Assembly (NCBI GenBank): GCA_036493815.1
Contig: DASXPC010000221.1
Location: 11,174 to 75,173 of the forward strand
Length of the DNA stretch: 64,000 bases
Source: Fimbriiglobus sp.
GTDB lineage: Bacteria > Planctomycetota > Planctomycetia > Gemmatales > Gemmataceae
Reading direction: 5' to 3'
The number at the start of each line of letters is the position of its first letter. Position 1 is the first letter of the stretch. Below are positions 8,493 through 15,399 of this stretch, piece by piece. A model generated the notes under the pieces. The model saw nothing but the letters and a program-made list of their open reading frames with translations. It was not told the origin of the DNA and did not search any database. The translations under genes and the position numbers were made by a program.

Positions 8493-10184
8493 TTACCCCG
8501 CCAGCTTGTCCAGCAGCGGCTTGATCTGAGCTTTGGTGACGTCGCCCATAACGGCGATCTGGACGAGGCCTCGGTCGGCGAGATAACCGGACTGGCCGGC
8601 GACCTGGAACCCCCACTTCCGGCAAGTGGCGACGAAATCGGCAGCAGTCTGGCCGGCCGGTGGAGCGAACGTGACGATCGAAGGATTGGCGTACGCCTGG
8701 GGGGCGAGCGGAGTAAGGCCCAGGGCCGAGAGTCGGCTGCGGAGATACCCGCCGACGTCGGCGACCCGCTGCAGCCGGGTATTCCGCTTCTCCGGCGTCG
8801 AAAACGCCGTCAACGCCACATCCAGTGCCCGAATCAACGGGCTGGGTACGGTGAACCGGGGGCCGTGCGTGGCCAACGTCGCCGCCACGTCGAGATACGA
8901 TGGGATCGCATCGGATTCGAGATGGGTGAGGTCATCCGGGTTGGCGAACACGACGGCGACGCCGGCATACGACCCGATCGCCTTTCCGGACGAACCGGAA
9001 CCGAGGTAGACGCCGGACAGGTCCACGTCGGTTGTGCCAATGCTGCTGACGCAATCGGCGCAGACGCGGATGCCGTGCGTTTTCGCCAATCTGGTGAGAC
9101 CGGGCAGGTCGTTCAGGACTCCGGTGCTGGTTTCGTGATGAACGCCCCAAACCCACCCGTTTTTCGGGAGTTTGGCGAGGGCGGCGTTCACCGCGGGCAA
9201 GTCCCAGGACGCCCCCCAGTCCCAGGAGAGCACCTGCGGGTCGAGGCCCCAGCGGCGGGCCTGCTTAAGGATTCGTCCGCCGAATTCGCCGTTTACCAAA
9301 ACCAAGCCGGCGTCCCGAAACGGGTCAGCAGCCAAGGTTGCAGCGACGACGTCGTTGGCGAGCGTGCCCGAGCCGATGAATAAGGCTGCCGGTTTACCAC
9401 CTACCAGGGCCGACAATCGCGACCGGACCCGTTCGAACAGTGGCACGAACTCATCCGCACGGTGGTAGACGAGCGGTTCGCGGAACGCATCGTGGACGTC
9501 ATCGGCTATGGCAACCGGGCCGGGAAGTAAACAAACGGGAGCGGTGGCGAGCGGTGCCGAACGTGCAAGCGCGGCCGTAAGAAGGTCCATCCCCCCCAAT
9601 TCGGGGGATCGTTCCCGCTTCGCTCGCTTTTCCCACAATCGCATGGATTGCCCCATCTTGTCTTGAATCATCCCCAGCGACGCCCACATCGGCAGGAAAC
9701 TCGCCCGCCCCGAACCCGCCGGTCGGCCCAAGGCCACGAATCCCAAGTGTTCGTACAGTGTCTGCTGTTCCACCACCGCCGAAATTACGAAATGGGTAAA
9801 CCCCGAATCGCGGGCGTAGTGGAACAGGTTAATCACCAGTCCGAGCATCAGGGCCGAATCCCGTTCGTCGGGGTCGACCGCGAGAAGTCGGATTTCGACC
9901 GGCCTTACGCCTTTCTTGGTCAGTATTGTTGGGTCGGGCAACCGGTCCGCTACCGAAAACGGCGGTTCGTGGTGGGCGGCCAGCATGCCCGCCACACGTC
10001 CGTCCTTGACGCAGATGAAATATCGATTCTTGTGGTGGAACTTGTCAACCAGTCGGCCGTCCGCACCCGCGCCGGCGTGCTGGGGAATCTCCTGTACGAA
10101 AGTGCGGAAGTTGAGCCGGTGAACTTGGTCCAGTTCGTCCGCCGTGTCGGCGAGCTTGAACAAGTAAGGTCCGACTCGAACCAT
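8493..10184 (-). CDS. fusion protein: N-terminal GNAT-fold acyltransferase-like domain + C-terminal class V (PLP) aminotransferase
   Basis: ATG at 10182-10184. Residues 1-180 are GNAT-like (VEIRLLAVDPDERDSALMLGLV...YEHLGFVALG). Residues 200-563 are AGXT/class-V-like (LLPGPVAI...GSGTLAND...GSGSSGKAIGS, with a candidate PLP lysine). Confidence 0.7.
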   Translation of the reverse strand: MVRVGPYLFKLADTADELDQVHRLNFRTFVQEIPQHAGAGADGRLVDKFHHKNRYFICVKDGRVAGMLAAHHEPPFSVADRLPDPTILTKKGVRPVEIRLLAVDPDERDSALMLGLVINLFHYARDSGFTHFVISAVVEQQTLYEHLGFVALGRPAGSGRASFLPMWASLGMIQDKMGQSMRLWEKRAKRERSPELGGMDLLTAALARSAPLATAPVCLLPGPVAIADDVHDAFREPLVYHRADEFVPLFERVRSRLSALVGGKPAALFIGSGTLANDVVAATLAADPFRDAGLVLVNGEFGGRILKQARRWGLDPQVLSWDWGASWDLPAVNAALAKLPKNGWVWGVHHETSTGVLNDLPGLTRLAKTHGIRVCADCVSSIGTTDVDLSGVYLGSGSSGKAIGSYAGVAVVFANPDDLTHLESDAIPSYLDVAATLATHGPRFTVPSPLIRALDVALTAFSTPEKRNTRLQRVADVGGYLRSRLSALGLTPLAPQAYANPSIVTFAPPAGQTAADFVATCRKWGFQVAGQSGYLADRGLVQIAVMGDVTKAQIKPLLDKLAG

Positions 10185-10302
10185 GGAACCCGAAACCCGT
10201 TGGGCGGTGGGTGGGGCGCGGCACGTACCAGCGACAAACCCCCTTGACCTAAATCGGGCCGGTCAGACAACCTGGGTAAAACTTAGAAATGCCATTGGCC
10301 AT

Positions 10303-10317
10303 TGGCAAGCAATTTGC
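10303..10317 (+). promoter_or_regulatory. sigma54-type -24/-12 promoter-like element
   Basis: TGGCAAGCAATTTGC has the GG (10304-10305) and GC (10316-10317) at the canonical 12-nt offset. It lies 100 nt upstream of the molybdopterin oxidoreductase ATG and is preceded by the tandem GCCATTG GCCATTG. Confidence 0.35.
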
Positions 10318-10416
10318 GCCGGTACGCCCGGCACTTCTGCTACTGTCCCACCCTGTTCACCACCGTATCATGCAGCCGAGCGGTGTGATTTGACGAGCGA
10401 AGAATAGGACGCAACC

Positions 10417-11028
10417 ATGAGCGATGTCATCCTTTCCAGCGATACCGAGCGGGAAAATCGACTCCCTCCGAACCAGGTCCGCACTCATAAATGGCCCGTT
10501 CTCCATGTCGGAATGGTGCCTCCATTTGATTCGGGTTGTTGGGATTTTACCGTTTTTCCGGTCCCCTTTGTGTCTAAAATCAAGCGATTCACCTGGTCCG
10601 AATTCGCCGTGCTTCCGCGGGTGAAAGTGTTCGCGGACATGCACTGCGTGACCCGGTGGAGTCGGCTGGAAAACCTTTGGGAAGGGGTGCCGACTCGTGA
10701 CCTTCTCCGTCACGTAACCGTAAACCCGACCGCGAAATACGTGATGATTCACTGCGAGTATGGTTTCACGACAAATCTGCCTGTCGAGGATTTCTTCGCG
10801 GAGGATGCACTTTTCGCGCTCCGGCACGACGGGAAAGATCTCGACCCGGACCACGGCTATCCGGTTCGGTTGGTGGTTCCCCGACTCTATGCCTGGAAAA
10901 GTGCGAAGTGGGTACGCGGAGTGGAATTCATGGATTCGGATCGTCCGGGATATTGGGAACGACCCGAGAACGGGGCCTACCACATGCGTGGCGACCCCTG
11001 GGCGGAAGAACGGCATCGGAATTCGTGA
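10417..11028 (+). CDS. molybdopterin-dependent oxidoreductase (sulfite-oxidase-like/YedY-like catalytic domain)
   Basis: FADMHCVTRWSRLENLWEGVP...GYPVRLVVPRLYAWKSAKWVRGVEF is the typical Mo-cofactor oxidoreductase domain pattern. Confidence 0.8.
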   Translation: MSDVILSSDTERENRLPPNQVRTHKWPVLHVGMVPPFDSGCWDFTVFPVPFVSKIKRFTWSEFAVLPRVKVFADMHCVTRWSRLENLWEGVPTRDLLRHVTVNPTAKYVMIHCEYGFTTNLPVEDFFAEDALFALRHDGKDLDPDHGYPVRLVVPRLYAWKSAKWVRGVEFMDSDRPGYWERPENGAYHMRGDPWAEERHRNS

Positions 11029-11289
11029 TTATGCCTTCGTGGCGGCCACCGGCTTCACATTCACCCGTCGGCCTTCTCGATCGAAGAAGATCGTTCCGGG
11101 GCACAGGGCAAAAAGCGTGTCGTCTTTCGCCCGCTTCACGTTTTTACCCGGGTGCCATTTTGTGCCGCACTGCCGAATGATAATACCCCCGGTCGTCACC
11201 GATTCGCCGGCGTAGAGTTTGATTCCGCGGCGCTGGGCGTTCGAGTCCCGGCCGTTTCGAACCGAGCCTTGCCCTTTCTTATGGGCCAT
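11029..11289 (-). CDS. rpmA: 50S ribosomal protein L27
   Basis: [46 protein letters not shown] is the canonical L27 sequence. ATG at 11287-11289. Confidence 0.95.
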   Translation of the reverse strand: MAHKKGQGSVRNGRDSNAQRRGIKLYAGESVTTGGIIIRQCGTKWHPGKNVKRAKDDTLFALCPGTIFFDREGRRVNVKPVAATKA

Positions 11290-11395
11290 GACGGTATCCT
11301 CGCGTATCGAATTCGATATCCCTGGGACCGGATATGATAGCGGCGACGGCCACCGGAGCAACGCCGACCCTCCGAAAAACGGGATGCCCGCAACC

Positions 11396-12067
11396 ATGAC
11401 CAGCCACGTGACCCCGACCCCTCTCACGCCGGCGCTGTACGACTACGTCCTTTCCGTTTCCCTCCGCGAACCGGACGTGCTCCGGGAATTGCGGGCCGAG
11501 ACGGCGAAGTTGCCCAACGGCGAAATGTCCATCGCCCCGGAGCAGGGACCGCTTCTCGCGTTTCTTATCGAAGTGCTCGGGGCGAAAAAAGTGATCGAAC
11601 TCGGCACTTTCACCGGTACCAGCACACTTTGGATGGCTCGGGCTCTTCCTCCGGGCGGGCGGATTCTTGCCTGTGATGTGAGTCCGGAATACACGTCCAC
11701 GGCGAAACGCTACTGGGATAAGGCCGGCGTCGCGGATCGGATTGATTTGGTCCTTCAACCCGGCCTGACGACGCTCGACGCCCGCTTGGCGGCCGGGGAG
11801 GCCGGAACGTTCGACCTGGCCTTCATCGACGCGGACAAGACGAATTACGACGGGTACTTCGAACGGTGCCTGAAACTCCTCCGACCCGGGGGGATAATTG
11901 CCATCGACAACACGCTCTGGGACGGCAAAGTGGCGGACCCGACCGTTACGGATCCGGACACCGTCGCCATCCGGAACCTGAACGCGAAATTGTTCCTCGA
12001 AGAGCGGGTGACGCTGAGTTTTCTGCCGATATCGGACGGATTGACGCTGTGTCGGAAACGAGGTTGA
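11396..12067 (+). CDS. class I SAM-dependent O-methyltransferase (caffeoyl-CoA OMT-like)
   Basis: Carries [16 protein letters not shown] (SAM motif I) and [31 protein letters not shown] at 11396, with an alternative at 11384. Confidence 0.85.
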   Translation: MTSHVTPTPLTPALYDYVLSVSLREPDVLRELRAETAKLPNGEMSIAPEQGPLLAFLIEVLGAKKVIELGTFTGTSTLWMARALPPGGRILACDVSPEYTSTAKRYWDKAGVADRIDLVLQPGLTTLDARLAAGEAGTFDLAFIDADKTNYDGYFERCLKLLRPGGIIAIDNTLWDGKVADPTVTDPDTVAIRNLNAKLFLEERVTLSFLPISDGLTLCRKRG

Positions 12068-12069
12068 CC

Positions 12070-12492
12070 GTGGGTGACTACGCGATACGCAAACTCACTT
12101 CGCCCGAGTGGCCGCAGGCCTATGCGGTCATTCACGAACTACGAACTCACTTGACCCAACCCGATTTTTTGGCCCGCACCGCCCGAATGACGGGGTACGG
12201 CTACGAGTTGATCGGCGCATTCGATTCGGACGGCTTGATCGTCGGAGCGATGGGTTACCGGCCGCTCGAAACGTACACCCGGGGTTGGCACCTGCACGTG
12301 GACGACCTGGTTACCGCTGCTTCAGTACAAGGCCGCGGCGTCGGCACGGCTTTACTGAAATTCGCCGAAGCCGAAGCGGTCGCCCGCGGCATGATTTGCC
12401 TGTTTTTGGATTCCCGGCCGACGGCCGAGACGTTTTACCTCTCGCGTGGTTTCGCCCGGCAGTCGCCTTATCCAATGAGGAAGCCGGTGTGA
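12070..12492 (+). CDS. GNAT-family N-acetyltransferase
   Basis: GTG at 12070 (or TTG at 12064, overlapping the upstream stop). VQGRGVGTALLKFAEAEAVARG is an acetyl-CoA-binding Q/RxxGxG/A motif. Confidence 0.75.
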   Translation: MGDYAIRKLTSPEWPQAYAVIHELRTHLTQPDFLARTARMTGYGYELIGAFDSDGLIVGAMGYRPLETYTRGWHLHVDDLVTAASVQGRGVGTALLKFAEAEAVARGMICLFLDSRPTAETFYLSRGFARQSPYPMRKPV

Positions 12493-12610
12493 GCTCAACT
12501 CATCGACTCGAAAGTGGACGATTATTCCCCATCTGGGATGTTGCAGAACGAGACAATTCCCGCTTTAGTCGCGAGTTCAAAAACACAGGCAAAAAATAGT
12601 CTTCCGAATG

Positions 12611-12651
12611 TGAATGAGGTAACTCATTACCATGAATGAGGTTAATTCATT
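12611..12651. promoter_or_regulatory. two tandem imperfect palindromes (operator/UAS-like)
   Basis: TGAATGAGGTAACTCATT (12611-12628, core AATGAG-N4-CTCATT) and TGAATGAGGTTAATTCATT (12633-12651, core TGAAT-N7-ATTCA). Their starts are 22 bp apart. Confidence 0.4.
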
Positions 12652-12683
12652 TTATCCGCGAGTTTGATTCGGCGGTTTTTTCT

Positions 12684-12698
12684 TGGCATCGGGCTTGC
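12684..12698 (+). promoter_or_regulatory. sigma54-type -24/-12 promoter-like element
   Basis: TGGCATCGGGCTTGC has GG at 12685-12686 and GC at 12697-12698 (12-nt offset). It sits 35-75 bp downstream of the tandem palindromes. Confidence 0.35.
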
Positions 12699-12711
12699 CT
12701 AAGTCTTTAGG

Positions 12712-12835
12712 TGTCGGCCGACGGAAAGCGAGTCCCGGCGGCCGGTGCGAAGGGGTTAGACCCGACGCTGCCACCCCTCCAATAACGGGCACGAGACTAG
12801 CCGGGAATGCGAGTCCCCGGCCGAATCTCGTGCCC
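12712..12835 (+). ncRNA. candidate structured RNA element (leader or small RNA), family unknown
   Basis: Palindrome GTCGGCCGAC at 12712-12721. A repeated motif occurs as GGAAAGCGAGTCCCGGC (12723-12739) and GGAATGCGAGTCCCCGGC (12804-12821). A 10-bp closing stem GGGCACGAGA (12787-12796)/TCTCGTGCCC (12826-12835) encloses GCCGGG (12800-12805)/CCCGGC (12816-12821) and is followed by CACGTCTTTATCTT. Confidence 0.3.
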
Positions 12836-13014
12836 CACGTCTTTATCTTAAAGATATGACACTTATTGGACTATTATAAATTGTGTTTATTTGCCAAATA
12901 ATATCTTTTGCCGGACGAACATCTAATGTTCTTTTCCAGTCGGGGTCAAACGGGCGGTCAGGTGGCGGCGGTCGCCCCCGACAGGCCCGACACCCATACG
13001 GGAGTGACGCTGCC

Positions 13015-13257
13015 ATGTCACGATTTACCGGGTACGCAATGATTCTGGCCGGGACGGCCCTGGCCGTCGTGGCGTTGGGTTCCGACAGCCCGCGGTTTGG
13101 CGGGGTCAAACCCGCACCCGAGGCGGTCGATGCCAATTTGCTTATTCCTCACGGCACGAGGAGGAACCTGCCGCTGCCGCCGGTCGCGGCAGTCGCGGCG
13201 TGCGACTCGCTGGTCGTGGGCGGAAATGACGTCACCAAAACGGTCGTCATTGATTAA
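13015..13257 (+). CDS. small hypothetical protein (80 aa) with N-terminal hydrophobic segment
   Basis: ATG at 13015 (MSRFTGYAMILAGTALAVVALG...). No family recognised. The 3' end overlaps the convergent gene by 4 nt. Confidence 0.4.
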   Translation: MSRFTGYAMILAGTALAVVALGSDSPRFGGVKPAPEAVDANLLIPHGTRRNLPLPPVAAVAACDSLVVGGNDVTKTVVID

Positions 13258-14072
13258 CTTTCGGGGGTGCATTCCAACTGCCGGCGGAGGGCGGCCGCGC
13301 CGAGCTCGGCGACCCCCGCCGGCTTCGATTTCCACAGTTCCGGGTTCATCAATTCCAGTGAAACGTACCCGTCATAACCGATCGCACGCAGCCGGGTCAT
13401 GATCGGTTCGAGTCGGAAGTCTCCTTCCCCTGGGAAGACGCGGTCGGAATCGCCCATGAGTTCTCGCGGCACTCCCGCGACGTCGCACACTTGAACGTGA
13501 GCCAGGTTCTCCCGCGTGAGTCGGTTGAGGTCTTCCAGCTTGCTCGGCCCCGCGTAGTAGTGGAACGCATCCAGGCAGACGCCGACGTTCGGTTCTTCGC
13601 ACGCTTCGACTAGCGACACGGCGGTGTCCAGGCAGGCGCAAACAGGCCCGGGCCGAAATTCGAGAGCGAGGGTGACGCCGAACCCTTCAGCCCAGCGGGA
13701 AGCCTCTGCCAGTCCGGCGACGGCGGCGGCGAATGCCGCCGGATCGGGCTTCACCACCACGTCCGGGGCGAGTACCATCATGCGAATTCCGAGTGCCTGA
13801 CACAGGTCGAGCCTCCGCCGAAAATGTTCAAAATGGGCGAGCTTCTGCTCCCCGCGGGATAAAAGCAAACCGCCCTGATACGCGGCAGCGGCAAGGATAA
13901 TCCCTTGGGCTTCGACTAGTTTTCGGGTGTCGGCAACGGATTGCGTTTGGAGATGCGTTTCCAGTTTCGTCAACCAAACTTCGACGGCCGGGCAGCCGGA
14001 GCCCGCGGCCGCGTCGAGATCCTCGGCAAACGGCGTCGTCAGGGTCGTCACCTGGCTCAGGCAGGGTCGCAT
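13254..14072 (-). CDS. sugar phosphate isomerase/epimerase (xylose-isomerase-like TIM barrel)
   Basis: ATG at 14070-14072 (MRPCLSQVTT...). LALEFRPGP, DAFHYY and VSLELMN are typical AP-endonuclease-2/TIM-barrel family patterns. Confidence 0.85.
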   Translation of the reverse strand: MRPCLSQVTTLTTPFAEDLDAAAGSGCPAVEVWLTKLETHLQTQSVADTRKLVEAQGIILAAAAYQGGLLLSRGEQKLAHFEHFRRRLDLCQALGIRMMVLAPDVVVKPDPAAFAAAVAGLAEASRWAEGFGVTLALEFRPGPVCACLDTAVSLVEACEEPNVGVCLDAFHYYAGPSKLEDLNRLTRENLAHVQVCDVAGVPRELMGDSDRVFPGEGDFRLEPIMTRLRAIGYDGYVSLELMNPELWKSKPAGVAELGAAALRRQLECTPES

Positions 14073-14077
14073 CGCGG

Positions 14078-14368
14078 TTACTTTTTCTTCTTCACGGCCG
14101 GGCCGGGATCGCCGTCCGATTCGCACCCTTGCACGAAGAGCAACAGCCACCCGGCCAACCCGATTGCCCAAAGCACGCCACCGACGATCAACCACATCCT
14201 CAACCTCGACCGGGCCGAGACCGCCGGACCGGGCCGACCGTTCCGCGTCGCCGGATTCGTCGGAAACGGCTCGTATTCGTCCGGGACGAACGTCGAGCCC
14301 TCGGGCTCCCCGACCGGAGCCGGAGTCAGTGGAACGGCGGAATCCGGCACGGGGTCGTCGGGCGACAT
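14078..14368 (-). CDS. small hypothetical membrane protein (96 aa)
   Basis: Pro-rich N-terminus, one TM helix (MWLIVGGVLWAIGLAGWLLLFV) and a KKKK tail. Its stop is 6 nt upstream of the isomerase start. Confidence 0.5.
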   Translation of the reverse strand: MSPDDPVPDSAVPLTPAPVGEPEGSTFVPDEYEPFPTNPATRNGRPGPAVSARSRLRMWLIVGGVLWAIGLAGWLLLFVQGCESDGDPGPAVKKKK

Positions 14369-14411
14369 GTATTAAATTGTAGAAGTGAATCGGTCCGCTT
14401 GCCCGGTTGCT

Positions 14412-15299
14412 TCAGGAAGGCTCTGCGGGAGGCACCCAACCCGCTTCCACAAACGCTTCTTCGAGCAGGTCCGATAGATTCAAATCTGCGGCCCACCGCC
14501 GTAGGTACGCCCCGTCGAGATGGTCGGCTTGCGTTTTGATCATGCCTTGGACGTCCCCCCACTGCCGGTCGGAGACACCGCCACCGAGGCGGAACCAGTC
14601 TAGCTTCAGGAGGATCATGTCTTCCGCAGTAAAAAGCATGACCTCACCGCCGGGAACCTCCGCAAATGGGAAGGGGAATCTGCGGCCGAACGCCGAACGG
14701 TCGAACGGCTTGTCCTTTTGAACGAATACGTCGATCTTGTAACCGGTCGGCGGGTGGAGAATGTTGAACGACGAACGCGTCCGGATCGCTTCGCGGACGG
14801 CTTGCTCGGACAAGTAGTATTCGCTCTCAGGGAAAGACGAGAGGAAGGCGTCAACTTTTCCGCCAAACGGAACTGCGGTCAGATCGGCATCCCGTGTCAT
14901 TCGCCCAATTCCGTGGAGCGAACTGGCAATCGATCCGCCGATAGCGTATTCGATTCCGAGACGATCCAGCGTCCGAATGGTATGGAATAGGATGGGTTTC
15001 ACGTCGTCAGAGATCGAGTCCATGAGCATCTCCGAAAACTGGCAGTTCCACCCGCTTCCGAACGAGTGCCCAAGCCACTCAATCTGAATCTCGCGATTCG
15101 ATGCGTTCGGATTTCGATGACTGTATCCGGCTCGATGGAGAGACCGGGCCATTCGATAATCTTCGAATAAGTTCTGCCACCGTTGTGCCACCGACATCCG
15201 GCGGTAGCTTTCGACGAGCATCCGTTCCACGTCCGGCGACGTATCGCTGATTCCACGCACGCGCTCGCCCTCCTGAAAACTTCCGACATTAAACCACAA
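14412..15299 (-). CDS. nucleotidyltransferase-fold protein (MNT/AbiEii-like core), family unverified
   Basis: YAIGGSIASSLHGIGRMTRDADL matches the GS...DxD nucleotidyltransferase signature. The track start is TTG. Alternative starts are GTG at 15260 and ATG at 15221. Confidence 0.5.
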   Translation of the reverse strand: MWFNVGSFQEGERVRGISDTSPDVERMLVESYRRMSVAQRWQNLFEDYRMARSLHRAGYSHRNPNASNREIQIEWLGHSFGSGWNCQFSEMLMDSISDDVKPILFHTIRTLDRLGIEYAIGGSIASSLHGIGRMTRDADLTAVPFGGKVDAFLSSFPESEYYLSEQAVREAIRTRSSFNILHPPTGYKIDVFVQKDKPFDRSAFGRRFPFPFAEVPGGEVMLFTAEDMILLKLDWFRLGGGVSDRQWGDVQGMIKTQADHLDGAYLRRWAADLNLSDLLEEAFVEAGWVPPAEPS

Positions 15300-15399
15300 T
15301 CGGGCTGTTTATTAGCGGGAATTCGGCGTGACTTCTCCCCAGGACTGGGGCATAATAACTTGCCTGCCGGTACTTCGCTTCGCCATCCGGTTTTGCCCT

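Noticed and set aside
12700-12835. Possible cobalamin riboswitch (CCGGTGCGAA..., GCTGCCAC, AGCCGGGAA resemble pieces of the B12 element); c-di-GMP, ykkC and glutamine classes also considered
   Set aside because: Only short fragments match. The B12-box and other invariant cores are not present in the right order. The downstream ORF is not a plausible target for any of these ligands. The element is kept as an unclassified structured element.
15340-15358. Sigma54-like motif CTGGGGCATAATAACTTGC upstream of the PSCyt/DUF1553 gene
   Set aside because: The GG-to-GC offset is 13 nt rather than 12, and the -24 box reads GGGGCA rather than TGGCAC.
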